Shown in pieces: positions 26,519 to 39,503 of a stretch of 64,000 nt of DNA. The notes beneath the pieces were generated by a model. The model had not been told where the DNA came from. It ran no database searches and saw nothing but the letters and a program-made list of their open reading frames with translations. This DNA is from Protoeuglena noctilucae. Taxonomy: Eukaryota. The DNA lies in the NCBI GenBank assembly GCA_958009085.1, contig OY253690.1, positions 248,001-312,000 on the forward strand, written 5' to 3'. Every line of letters starts with the position of its first letter. Within the stretch, counting starts at the first letter, position 1. A program made the translations under genes and the position numbers.

Positions 26519-27854
26519 ATGGTGAACAACATCATCCCGAACGGCCACTTCCACAAGAAATGGCACCAGACCATGATCAAGACCTGGGTGAGCGGGCCGG
26601 CACGAGCTGGGAGGCCGCAGGGGTCCGGGAGCGCCTGCCGCTGCGGATGTTCAGCTTCGCAGTGAGCAGGGACCCGGTCGCTCGTCGCCCGCGACCACCC
26701 TCGACGCAAGGGGACCCCGGGGATCGCCTGGCGAGCCGGCCGTGCCCAAAGCGCGCCCCGCACGTCTTTCTCGCAGTTCAACCAGCCAGCCAGGAAGGTC
26801 CGGAGGCGGAACGGTGCGTCGCTCGCGCTGCCCGCTCGCTCGCAAGGCTGTCCTGTGCGCGTCGTGCGGTCCCGGCCCTCGCAGCCGTCGTGCTCGATAC
26901 GTTTGACGTTTTGGGGGGCGCGTCCCGCGCGCTGTTTGCGCCTCCGACCGCGGAGCGGGGTTGCCTTGGCCCTCCCAGCTGGGGCCGACCGCTGGCGCGC
27001 TCGCTGCGGAGCCCGAGGGCCTCAAAGCACGCTTTCCTACCCCCGCAGCTCGTGCGGCCAAGGCGGCGCGCGTCTTCCCCCGCCCCGTCGCGGGGGCGCT
27101 GCGCCCCGTGGTGGTGGGCCAGACCGTCAAGTACAACATGAAGAAGCGGCTGGGCCGGGGCTTCTCCCTCGAGGAGCTGAAGGCGGCGGGTGTCCCGCGC
27201 CAGCTGGCGCCCACCATCGGCGTCTCGGTGGATCACCGCCGCAAGAATCGGTCTGCGGAGGGGTTCGAGCGCAACGTCCAGCGCCTCAAGGAGTACCTCT
27301 CCAACCTCATCGTGTTCCCGAAGAACGCCAAGAAGCCTAAGGGTGAGGCGGGCCTCGCGGGGGCGCGAGCGGGGGCCGGGCGGGCGCGGGGCGGCGGGAT
27401 GGACGCCGTGGTGTTGGGTCGCCCCCTCCTCGCGGCCCGCGCCGCTCCGCGCGGCCGTCGTGCCCCGCGGCCCGCGCTCATGCCCTCCCCGGTGCGTCTC
27501 TCGCCCGCGCAGCCAAGGACGCCTCGGCGGCCGAGTGCAAGACGGCGACGCAGCTCACGGGCACGGTGCTGCCCATCACCAAGCAGGCCGCGGCGCCCGA
27601 GTTCGTGGCCGTGAGCGCGGAGATGAAGAGCTTCCGCGCGCACGCCAAGATCTCGGTGGAGCGGGCCAACCAGCGCTGGCAGGGTCGCAGGTGGGCGGCG
27701 GCGCTGCGAGCCGTCCTTGCCAGCCCCTCTATCCTCGCGCGCTGCGCCGCCGCGTCGGGCCTGATTGTGACGGTTCGCGTCCTCGCTTCCCCGCAGGCTG
27801 AAGCGGGCGGCGGAGGAGAAGGCCAAGGCGGAGGAGGCGGCCCGCGGCAAGTAA
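26519..27854 (+). CDS. RPL13: 60S ribosomal protein L13 (eL13); exons 26519-26587, 26777-26813, 27049-27342, 27513-27690, 27797-27854
   Basis: [58 protein letters not shown]. Confidence 0.97.
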
Positions 27855-28329
27855 GCGCGGCGACGGGCGACATGGGGCGGGCGCGCACGGCCCCTCTCGG
27901 CGGCAGCGATGGCGGGACCCATGCGGGCGTCGCGGCGGCGCGGGGCCGGGCCCCCACAGCGGAGGGCGGCGACGCGCGTTGCGCTGACGGCCATCTGGCT
28001 CGCTCTCCGGCGCCCTCTCGTTGAAGGTCCACTGACGCATCGATCTGTGGCTATTTCCTCAAAGCCGGGGTGCAGCAGCACGCCCTTATACTTGGTTACC
28101 TATAGCAGCGTGGAATCTGCGCACATAGAGCGGCCCGCGTGGCGAATCTCGGCGGTCACAGCCGCCACCGATCTAGCAATCCCTGTTACCGGAGTCCCGC
28201 GCGCGGCTTCGCGGGCCCATCCGCTCGCGACAGGCGCCCCTGGAGCTCGGCAACCTAGTGCGCGCCGCCCGGGCGCGCCGCTCGGGCGGGTGCTGCGCGT
28301 CCGCGCGACGGCGGACTCCTGCCTCGGCG

Positions 28330-31300
28330 ATGTCGTCTCTGGAGAAGGACGGCGGGTCGTCGGGGCCCATCGAGCTCCTGGCGAAGGGCATGGCCGCCAC
28401 GGCGGTCCGTCCGGCCCCCGGCCTCTCGAGTGCGCCTCGCCGCCGGCGCCCATCGCTGCTCTCGCGTGGCTCTTCTCATTCTCATGCGCGCTGCCGTGTC
28501 CTTTTCGTAGTGCATGGCTCGGAGGCCGCGCGGCGCCAGGCCATCACGGAGCTTCTCTTCTTCGCGAGCGTCGGGGACCTGGCGCGCTGCAAAAACCTTT
28601 GCGACGCCTTCTCCATCGACATCAGCGATCCGCGGTGCTGCGACTACGACAAGCGGACTCCGCTGCACCTGGGTGCGCCGGCAGCTGCGTGCATGCTCGC
28701 GTGCCCTGCGCCCCCCTCCCCGCGCCCCTCGTCGCCTTGGCGCACCCTGCTTGTTCACTATGCATTCATCTTGCATGCCCCGCGACGGACTTCCTATCCC
28801 CCGCTCCCGGCAGCCGCGGCGGAGGGGGCGTTCTCGGTGGTGCAGTGGCTGCTGCGCAAGGGGGCGCACGTGAACGCCGTGGATCGATTCAAGCGGACCC
28901 CGCTGGAGGACGCGGTGCTGGGGGATCACGGGCAGGTGAGGAACATGCCACTGCGCTTGTATATGATAACACGTGGGCGCACCGTGACGAGTTACCGTGG
29001 TGCCATCCGCGTCGCCCCTTCTCATCTCCCCTGCTCATTCCCCTGCCCCCGCAGGTGGCTCAGCTGCTGGAGAGCTGCGGGGGCAAGGTTCTGGACCGCG
29101 ACAATCCCATCGAGGCGCTGGCATTGGTGGACATCTCCCGGACCAAGCTGGCCCAGTCCGTGCGCTACGATGACCACAACCTGTGGGAGATTGACGCCAC
29201 GGACATCGAGTTCGTCAAGAAGCTGGGGGAGGTGAGGTGTCCAAGGGATGAAAAAGTGTCTTCTTTGGTTGCCGCTGCACTTGGCAGGGGCATCGCACTG
29301 CAGCTGACAATCACTGCGCTGCTTGGCTCACACTGCTGTCTTGCATGTCATGTGCTTATCCAGTTTCCCACCCTTGTCTCGCTCCCAGGGTGAGTTTGGT
29401 GAGGTGCACATGGGTCGGTGGAATGGGACGCTCGTGGCCGTCAAGGTGCTGCACAAGAGTGACGAGGTCGCCATGGGGGACTTCCGGACGGAGGTAAGGG
29501 GAGAGAAGGGGGGGTTTGTGACAAATATGGGGTGACTGGGGAGTGCAGAGAGGTGCAACTGTGTGTGTAGAGGTGCCTACCCCTCTCTCACACCCTCACC
29601 TACCCTCACACCCTCACCGTCTCCTACCCCTCCTCTCTTCCCCGCAGCTCAACGTGCTGATGCGCACGCACCACCCCCACACGGTCCAGTTCCTGGGAGC
29701 CGTCACCAAGACCATGCCGCTCATGATCGTGGCCGAGCTCATGGCGGGGGGGTCGCTGGTGAGGGCGCTGTGGGAGGGGACGTACATTGTAGAACTGCTT
29801 ATGATGGTATCTGTGGTGAAGACAGGTGTTGAATGGGATGGGCTGGCGCCTGGTGTGGGGTTGCCCGGTGCGGCGTCGTGGCTCATACAGCGGTGTGTAT
29901 GGACTGCTACAAGAATTGTAGCAAGCAAAGTGGCATCGAGAGACGCTGATGCTGACCCACGCATCCCTTTCCTCGCTACGACTACCCAGGCGGATCTGCT
30001 GAAGACGGGCCTGTCCCTGTCGAGGCGCCGTATGCTGGACATCGCGCTCGACACGGCGCGGGGGATGGTGTACCTGCACGGCAAGAAGCCACAGGCGAGT
30101 GGCATGAGTAAATGCCTGCGTGAAGGCTCTCACTGCGTCGGGCCGTCATACAAACCCATTGCTATGCTCATCACCTTCTCTGACCCCCGCTTTCTCTTCC
30201 CAGAGCAGCGTCGTCCACTGCCACGCTCATCACCCCCTCACACACACCCTCTCCTTCTGACCCCAGGGCGTCATTCACCGGGACCTCAAGCCGGCCAATT
30301 TGATGATTGCGGGCAACCCGTACCGACTGGCGCAGAGGGGGTTCCGCGAGAGGCTTATGCTCGAGACGGGCATCGTCAAGATCGCCGACTTTGGGCTCAG
30401 CAAGGTGAGGGTTGCTGGTTAGAGGCAGAGGTGGGGGAGGAGAGAAACATGTGGTCTCAGCACTCCCACTCCCACTCCCACTCCCACTCCCACTCCCACT
30501 CCCGCCCCCGCAGTCTCTGACGCTGAATGTGAAGAAGAGCGTCCACCACAAACTCCGGGAGGCCACCCAGGCCGCCACGCTGCCCCCAGACCCACCCAAG
30601 GATGCAGGGGCCAACCATGCACAGGTGAGATGTGATGTGTGAATCAGATGACTGGGCTTGATTGAGTGAGTCAACGCAGGGGCCAACCACGCACAGGTGA
30701 GATGCGATTCGTGGGTCAGGGCAATATGCTTGATATCATTTGGACAGTACCAGCCGTCCTTGCCCTTAGCTTGCTTGCTGGCTCGGTTGCTTCGTCGCCC
30801 TTCCCTGAGTTGGCACTTACTCACGACACAGGGCCACTCGCCCGCGCTTGCCTTGTCTCAACTGCTCCTCTCGGTTGTTGCCTCCTTCGCAGTCTGGCGA
30901 CGCGGCGGACGCCATCCCGTCCTACCAGCTGACGGGAGAGACGGGGTCGTACCGGTGAGGCAGGGGCTTGCATGTTGGTGCGCGTGTGTGCTGACTGTCA
31001 GTATTGTGACTCGCCACGTGACCTCGGCATGCCACTTCATCTTACAGCCAGCAACATAGTGCATGACTCTCTATGTTGTCACTGTAACGTTTGCAACTGC
31101 CCTCGTCCCTCTCAACAAGCCCCACCGCCACACACCACCGCCCCTACCCTATCACCACCCCCCTCCCTCCCTCTCAGTTACATGGCCCCTGAGGTGTTCC
31201 GCCACGAGCCCTACAACAACAAGGTGGACGTGTACGCGTATGGCATGATCGTCTACTACCTCTTCGAGGGTGTGCCGCCCTTTTATGACATGGACCCCAT

Positions 31301-31912
31301 CGCAGCCGCCAGGCGAGACGGGGTGGACAGTGGATGATTATATATGGATCCGTTTATAAATATAGGCATGCCTACTGGTGACTGCGTCATACGTGTGATC
31401 ACTCCAGCCATGCAGCTGAGCAGCTGCGCGAGTGTTTCGTGGCTCTTCGTATTGTGTATCAGACGCCCACCCTGCTCGTGCCGACTGCTTCTCTTTGCAG
31501 GGCCGCGAGCCTCAACATGGCCAGGCCGCAGTTCCTGAACCCCAACAGCAGGGGCACGAGGACGCCCAAGGTGAGTCACGGCTGATCGAATGGCTCGTGC
31601 GTCATGTATGTCTGGTTGTGCGCTCATATGGCCTTCAGGCCTCTTTCCTTAGTAGCAGCAAGTGTTGCGATGGTAGTATAACTTACACTACCAATTTGTC
31701 GAATAAGACGCCCATCTGCATATGCTAATGGCAAACGTCGCGTTGCTGCCCCGCAGGAGATCCAGGACCTGGTGCGGCTGTGCTGGGACGAGAGCCCCTC
31801 CCGCCGGCCCGAGTTCTATGAAATCGTGGAGACGCTGGAGGGGATGCTGGCCAAGCTGCCGCCCATGAGGCCCATCCTCTGCGGCACAGGGGGCAGCTGC
31901 ACCGTGCAGTGA
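28330..31912 (+). CDS. Ankyrin-repeat Raf-like protein kinase (plant ILK/VIK type), copy 1, C-terminus CTVQ
   Basis: Ankyrin motifs DYDKRTPLHLAAAEG and DRFKRTPLEDA, then GEGEFG, VAVK, HRDLKPAN, DFG, TGETGSYRYMAPE. Confidence 0.92.
30462..30503. repeat. (CTCCCA)n intronic microsatellite; a similar tract lies at 46048-46098
   Basis: Read directly from the sequence. Confidence 0.9.
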
Positions 31913-32619
31913 GCGCGTGAGACCAGGCGCTGCGCCGTGCATGATGCAGGGAAGCAGCGCGGGGAGGGACACGCTGCGGGCAGTAGATGGTATGGTGTCC
32001 AGGATTGAAAGAAATCCGCTTTCGATCAGGGACGGAGCACGAGAGATGCAATGAAGTCTACCCCATCCACTCATTTGCGCACTCCAACGCGCCAGTCTCC
32101 TGTTCCCTGTCATGGCTCCGCAGCGGTCCTGCCGCCCGCCGCCTCAGCCGAGGGCAAAAGCCCTCAACGCGGGTAGTGACTCTGCAACTGGCACATCAAG
32201 TCCCCGGCTCCCCGTTCTGTGTTCACTGTGCCGGTGCCGAAAGCTAAAGCAGGACTTCGCGCCATCACAGGATCTCTAATCCCCTTTGCAATCGCTGCGA
32301 GCTAGGCATGCATCTCCGGTAGATTGCTGCCTCAGAAAAGCCAGCTGTGGCTCGCCGGTGCACGTCTGTCGACACCAGGGTCAGGGACAGGCAAGCAGCG
32401 CCGCGCGGAGAGGGTGCGGGACCCGAAACGGACCCGAGAAGCGGGCGGTCCCAAGTTGAGGACAGACAGGTCCCGTGCGGACCGCCTACCGCCTAGCTGT
32501 GGCGTGCGAGGGGCTCCCTGGGATTCTACTGTCGTTATCGAAGTGCATGTCTCCACGCGACGCCGCTAGGTGGCTTCTTCGCGCGCAGAAGCCTATTGTG
32601 CTCTGATGTGCCTTGCAGC

Positions 32620-35600
32620 ATGACCACGGCCGGTGCCGGCGCGCGCGCGCTGAACGCGCTTATGATTCCGGAAACGGACCTACAGGTGGGCGCCAAGCTC
32701 GCCGACGGAGGGCAGGGCGAGGTCTTCCGGGGCCGGTGGCGCAACCGGGACGTGGCCGTCAAGCGTTTGCATGCGGACATATCGGGCGTTGCGCGGGGGC
32801 AGCTGGGCGCGGTGCTGAACCGGGGCATGAAGGAGCTCGAGCGGATGGCGGCGGCGGCCACGAGCAGCACCCGCGTGTGCCCGTGAGTGGCCTGGGAAGC
32901 TGGCTGCAGGCATGCACAGCTGCGAGGGGCACTGCCTGCGAGCCCCTCCGAGGCGCAGCACCTGTCGCCCGGCCGCAGGCTTCTGGGTTTTACGGTCAAG
33001 GATGCCCAGCTGCACATCGTGATGCCGCTGTACGAGCGGGGGTCGCTGGTGCGGCGCATCGCGGAGCGGGGGGCGGGGCTGCGGCCGGAGGAGGTGGTGG
33101 AGGTGGCGGTGCAGCTGCTGGAGGGGCTGCAGGACCTGCACCACCGCGACATCGTGCACAGGGACATCAAGCCGGCCAATGTGCTGGTGGACGACCAGGG
33201 CAACCTGCTGCTCGCGGACTTTGGGCTGGCGACGGTGGTGGAGGGGTCGATGGGGGTGTCGGTGAGGCGGGGGTGCCACGCCTGCCGAGGGATGCATGCT
33301 TGCATGTCACGGGATCGTATCGAGTGCTGGCCTGGTCTTGCGTCGGCAAGCGCCCAGCATCGATTGTCAGTGGTGTGGCCGCAGTGGACGTCCCTGGACG
33401 GCACACGCATCGGCGCGGTGGGCACGGCTCAGTATATGGCCCCCGAGCAGTGGGACACGGAGCTGGGGCGCCCCACGCCAGCGTCGGACGCGTACGCAGC
33501 GGCGGCGACGCTGTGCCACGTGGCGTCGGGGCAGCCGCCCTACGGCAACAAGCAGATGCAGCAGATCATGACGGACGTCCTGGTGCGCAAGCGGCTCCCG
33601 ACGGTGCCAGACTCGGTGCCGGAGCCGCTGCGGTCGGCGCTGCGGGGTGCGTTGCAGTTCCACGCCGCGGATCGGACGAGCGTGGCGGAGATGCTGAAGG
33701 CGGCGAGAAAATCAAGGTGAGGGACAGAGACATGTGGCTTTCATGCGGGAAGACTGCCCACATGTGCGGCAGCTCATGGTTGCTGTCCGCCAGCCCCCTG
33801 CAGCCTGGCGAAATGCTGCGTGTGCAAAAAGGATGCGGATGTCCAGCTGACGGTGACGTGCAGTCAAGGGGCGCACCGGGTGTGCGGGGAGTGCCTGGCT
33901 GTCAAGGTGGGGACGCTGGCCGACAGCCGGGTGGCGTTCACGGCAGAGGGGCACCTGCAGTGTCGGAAGTGCACAGGGCAGGCGTGCGAGGGGGAGCTGT
34001 TTGCCCACGAGGTGGTGGCCAAGACACAGCACGACCCTGAGGCGGGCCGGCGGTTTCTGAAGGCCAGCCAGCAGCACGCGGCGGAGGCGGCAAAGGCCGT
34101 GAGTGCGAGGGAGGTGGAGGAGCTGCAGAAGCGCCTTCTGGAGGTCACGAAGCGGAGCGGGTCGGAAGCGGAGGCCGTGGACGCGCACCGGAGTCTCGTG
34201 GAGGAGCTGAACGTGAAGCGGTGCCCGTGGTGCTTGGCGGACTGCAGGGAGGACGCGCATCGGCACGTGGCCAGCTGCACGCGCAACCCGCGGAGGCTGA
34301 GCGTGTCTGAGACGGAGGCGAAATTTCGGCAACACGAGGCAGAAGAGGAGCGGATGCGCGTGCGATATGTGAGAGGCAACGTGCCGTGGGGGCAGCGGGC
34401 TGTGTGGGAGAAGGCGAATGGGCTGCCAGCAATTCGGGAGGCACGGATGCAATGGACGGACGTGGAGGCGGAGACGGGGATGGGGTGGCAGGGCGGGGCG
34501 TCGGGAAACAAGGTGAGGATGGGGGGAGTGAAAGTGGTGCACCAATGGTGGGTGCGTCGTGACAGATGGACAAGGCGGGTGACATTGGATTTGTAAGCGG
34601 ATGTGATTGCACCCTTGCGTGTGAAAAGCCAGTGAGGTACGAGCACATGTAGATGTGCCGGAGATGGAACCGATTGTGCTGTGGATGCAGGGTGGGCGGG
34701 ATAGGGACCCAGGGCCTGCCGTGGTGCAGCCCACTCCGGGCCAGAATGCCGCGGAGACGTCGGGGAAGCTCTTGCGGACGCTGGCTGGGCACTCAGATAT
34801 GGTGCACTCGATAGCCGTCTCCCCTGACGGGCGGTGGGTGGCGAGCGGGTCGGAGGACAACACGATCAAGGTGTGGAATGCAGCAACGGGGAAGCTCGTG
34901 CGCACGCTTTCTGGGCTTTCACAGGGTGTGGGATCGGTGGCCTTCTCCGTCGACGGCCGGTGGCTGGCGAGCGGATCGTGGGACGGTGCAGTCAAGCTGT
35001 GGGACACGGCGACGGGGAAGCTCATGCGGACGCTTTACGGGCATTCAGAGGGGGTGGCATCGGTGGCCTTCTCCCCCAGCGGTGTGTGGGTAGCGAGCGG
35101 GTCCGCGGACAGCACGGTCAAGCTGTGGAGCACAGCACCGGGGGAGATCGCGCGCACTCTGGCTGGGCATTCTGATACGGTGGCATCGGTGGCCTTATCA
35201 CCTGACAGCCGGTGGCTGGCGAGTGGGTCGTGGGATAGCACGGTCAAGCTGTGGGACGCAGCAACGGGGGAGCTTGTTCGCACGCTGTCTGGGCACTTAC
35301 AGTGGGTGCGCTCGGTGGCTTTCTCCCCCGACGGGCGGTGGCTGGCGAGTGGGGCATATGACAGGACGGTCAAGCTGTGGAACGCGGCGACAGGGGCGGT
35401 CGTGCGCACAATGGAAGGGCACTCAGACTGGGTGTACTCGGTGGCTTTCTCTCCTGACGGGCGGTGGGTGGCGAGCGGGTCGTTGGACGAGACAGTCAAG
35501 ATGTGGAACACGGCGACGGGGGAGCTGGTGCACACACTGTATGGGCACTCTGGCTCTGTGTGGTCGGTGGCTTTCTCCCCCGACGGGCGGTGGGTGGCGA

Positions 35601-35653
35601 GCGGGTCGGTGGATACAACGGTCAAGCTGTGGAACGTAGGAACGTTGCGCTAG
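32620..35653 (+). CDS. Protein kinase fused to a RING-like Cys/His domain, a second Cys/His cluster and 7 WD40 repeats; exons approx. 32620-32882, 32979-33261, 33385-33716, 33804-34512, 34691-35653
   Basis: GGQGEVF, VAVK, HRDIKPAN, DFG, GTAQYMAPE; CCVC..CSQGAHRVCGEC..CRKC; CPWCLADCREDAHRHVASC; seven 42-aa GH..WD repeats. Splice phases are consistent across all junctions. Confidence 0.85.
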
Positions 35654-36073
35654 GGCACTAGTGACATCGATGGGATGGTGCCGCGGATATAGTCGCTGGT
35701 TTGCTGGCTGTGGTTTTGAACAGGTTCGCTTGTCATAACGAGGTGTCAGATGCCTCAATGTGTTTTTTTTGCAATGCCGCCAGTGAGGCCAGTGAGGCTG
35801 ACTCACGCAAGGCATTTTTCCCACAGATGCCCTCCTCTGCCGCCCCTGTCCACAGCCACTATCACCATTTGCTCTCCACTATATCCTTTCGCCTCCACCG
35901 TTCAAGCATCGCCCTAGCATGCAGGCACCTTCTCAGCTACAACGCAGCCCCCGCATCCCCACCCACCACGGCCCACTCGCTGCGAGCACTGCCACCGCCC
36001 CAGCACTGTCCCAGCTGCCCTCGCTCCCGGCCACCTCGTCTCGACCCGAGTCGCACCCTCGTTAAGACATGGG

Positions 36074-36273
36074 NNNNNNNNNNNNNNNNNNNNNNNNNNN
36101 NNNNNNNNNNNNNNNNNNNNNNNNNNNNNNNNNNNNNNNNNNNNNNNNNNNNNNNNNNNNNNNNNNNNNNNNNNNNNNNNNNNNNNNNNNNNNNNNNNNN
36201 NNNNNNNNNNNNNNNNNNNNNNNNNNNNNNNNNNNNNNNNNNNNNNNNNNNNNNNNNNNNNNNNNNNNNNNNN
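36074..36273. other. Assembly gap (200 N)
   Basis: Run of N. Confidence 1.
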
Positions 36274-36853
36274 CCCGCCGGGCGACCTTGATCACCTGCG
36301 CCTGCTCGGCTGCGATAACGAAGGAGTCACCGGCGATCGCGCACGCGCGGCGCGCGGGATCCCGGGGCCGGCGGGCGTCGACGCGCGTGCGAGGGCCCGG
36401 GGGCGCCGGGGAGGGGCGCAAGCACGGCCTCCCGGCGGTGAAGGCCGCGGTAGATCCGCGGGCGCCGTTGGGGGGGCCGCTCCCCGCGGAATCTCACCCT
36501 CAGCCATTTCCCGCCAACGGACCCAGCCAGCCGACAAGCCGCTCTGCCCCTTCGCCCCCGTCCGCCACGATTCAGCCCGCCGCCAATCTTCCTCGGTTGG
36601 GAGAGGGCGATCCGGAGCGCCCCCGTGCGCGCAAGCGTTCCCGAGTATCGCCTGCCGCTGGCACCGCGTTCGGGCAGGGGGCGCGCTGCTCCTTTGGCTC
36701 CTGGGGGTGACGAGCGGCTCCACGCGACTCACTACGAACGGAGGCGAGGGCGCATGCGACCATCCAAGCGATCCTGCCCCTGAGGTGGCACTTTTGCCGC
36801 TGCCGTCTGAAGCGGCCTTTTCAGCCTGCCTCAACAAGGAGACATTGGAAACG

Positions 36854-38465
36854 ATGACCTACGGTGAGCCGCACCATATGCAGGAATGCGCCGCTGTGGT
36901 CCGCTCGTTCGTTGCAGTCGCTGGCGGGCGGAAGCCTCGTTGCAGCATAGGGCCACGTCCGCTGGGTCGCGCAGGGTGGGGCGACCTGCCCGGGGAGCTG
37001 CATCGCGAGATCCTGCGGCTGGTGCCCCTGCGCGACGCCACGGCGGCGCGGGGGGTGTCGCGGGAGATGCGCGACGAGGTGGACGAGGTGTGGAGGGCGT
37101 GGGGCATTTCGGCGACCGCGGAGGACAAGCGGAAGGCCGTTTATGAGCGCTTCCGGCGTCACAGGTTCACGACGGAGCTCGCCTTCAGTCCGCTTGCGGT
37201 GTGGGCGTTTGAGGGGTCCCATGCGCACCACCTGGCCAGCATGGGGCTGTGGTGGCTGGCCCTGCTGGTGGCAGAGGCGCCGGACCTCAACGCCATGGCC
37301 TGGGGCGTTGGCGCCTACCGCTATATGTGGACGTCAGATGAGCACGAGTCAGAGAACGACGACGAGCGGTTCCCGGACCAGTCACCGCTGATGTTGGCGG
37401 TGCAGGCGCAGCGGCCGATGGGGCGCGGGGCAGACGGGGAGGTGGCGCGGGCGGTGCGGTTGGCGGTGGCGATGGGGGCGGACGTTAACCGGCGGCTGCG
37501 GGGAGCACTGCCGCTGATGTCGTACTGCGCAGGGCGGGGCTGCTTGGAGGCGATCAAGGCGTGCCTGGCGGCGGGGGCGGAGGTGGATGCGACAAGAGAG
37601 GACGATGGACATGTAAATTGGTGGACGGCGCTGGTGCATGCCGCAAGGGGGGGTCACGAGGCGGTGTTTAATGCGCTGGTGGAGGCGGGGGCGGAAGCCC
37701 TAGCTCACGGTGAGGATGATACCCTGACCTGGGTGTGCCGAGGTCATCCGACGCCGGGCATCGTGAGGCGGCTGGTGGAGGCAGGGGCGGACGTCAGCGC
37801 TTGGGGCTTGCGTGGCCGGCCGGCCATCTTTTGTGCCGCATATTATGGCAATGTGGCCGTCATGGAAACTCTGGAGGAGCTGGGGGCCGACGTTGCAGGA
37901 ATTGACTCCCGTGGTGTGACCGCGATGTCGCGTTCTCCTACAGGGGAGGTGGTGCGGTGGTTGGCAGCGCGGGGGGTGAGCATCCAGGGCGGGGAAGGCT
38001 ACCAGGCACCGCTCCTTAATGTTATCATATCTGGTCGCGTCGATCCCATCAGTGCCCTGATTGAGCTGGGTGCGGACGTCAATCACCGAGGTTCTAAGGG
38101 CCGGGTGCCTCTGCACTGGTCGGTGCATTGTTTCCTTGAGGGGCGATCTGCCGCGGAGGCGACGCGGCTGCTGCTGGCGGCGGGGGCGGACGTCCACGCT
38201 GTCGATGAGGACGGCATGACGCCCCTGCACTGTGCCCGGCACGTCGCGTGTGGATGTGCTGCTAGGCGCGGGGGCGGACCTGGAGGCGCGAAATAAAAAG
38301 GGCAGGACGCCGATCTGCACAGCCGCAACGTACAAGTATTACGACAGATCCGATGTCGTGCTGCGGCTGGCCGACCTGGTTGCCGATCTGGTCAACACGG
38401 GCGGGGAGCCGGGGCTGGTGATGCGCAGGGTGGAGGAGTTGCGGGCCCGGCGCAGGGGTGGTTAA
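36854..38465 (+). pseudogene. F-box plus ankyrin-repeat protein, copy B, with a 2-nt frameshift near 38250 (pseudogene or sequence error); intron 36864-36974
   Basis: Starts MTYG-WGDLPGELHREILRLVPLRD. It has GCGTGTGGAT where the paralogues have GCGTGCGTGGAC, and the conserved C-terminus (VDVLLGAGADLEAR..NTGGEPGLVMRRVEELRA) continues in another frame to 38465. Confidence 0.8.
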
Positions 38466-39503
38466 GCCAACTGAGCAAGGTGGGGACGGGGCCTGTGGCG
38501 GGGTGTCGAAAGAGAGCGTGCCGGCTTGTTATGGCCTGGGTCGTGGGGCCCATGGCACGTGGCCTACACTGCAGCCGTGGTATGGCTGTAGCGTCCAGTC
38601 ACTGGCGGCCAGATAGGCCATGGGCTTGTTGGTTACGTGGTTTTGCTTCACGTGGCAGGCCGGCATTTGCGGGAGGCGCTCCCCCGCTCGGTCGTGGGCC
38701 GCAGGGTGGCGCTCGCGGTGCAGCTGCCCCTGAGCAGCGCGGTGGGAGTGATGCAGGTGTGGATGCGCTGTGCAAAGTAGCAGGAACGGTGGTGGATTAA
38801 GGGAGCGGGCCATGCCACGGGTACTGTTTAGCACTAAGCTGCCCCGTTTACATCCTCAAGCCGGAGGACTGGGGCTGCTGAGAGAGGCTGCGGAGTTGCA
38901 GACTGAAGCAGGCGGAGAACGCGGGTGTAGCTAGCGTCGTGCGGGATGGTGCAGGGGTCGATCCGCAGGCAGATGCAGCTGACCTGCGGGGACGGAAGGG
39001 CTAGAGTGCCTTGGCTTTGCTGTATGGAGCAGCATTGAAGGGTAGCTGGCTAGAGGAAGCTAGTGTGTGGGGCCATCAGCGACTCGGCAGGCGCAGCGGG
39101 CGCGGCAGGTCGCCGTGATGCGCAGTCCCCGGGCGTCAGGCGTGGACTGGCGCAGGTGTGCCGGAGCCGCGGCTCGTCGCTGCGGTCGCGCAGGGTGGCC
39201 GTGCTGGTGGCAGTGGCGTGGAAGAGGTCCTGGAGTGTGCACACAAGCACTGCGCACACTGGAGTCGGCGTCGTCCGGGCAGCGCATCGAAAACTGCCCT
39301 CTCGGGGACCCGCTCGGGGCCGTCGGCGACGCGGTAGGTGAGCTCAAGGCGTTTGGAATGCCCGACGCCGCATATAAGCCGAGCAGACGCGCGCGGCAGC
39401 CCCCGGGCACATCATAGAGCACGGTAATGCTCATGTCCCGTTTGGCGCAGCGAAGGGTCGCGGGCGGCCGTCGGTAGCGGTATTGGCGAATACCGGCACG
39501 GAG

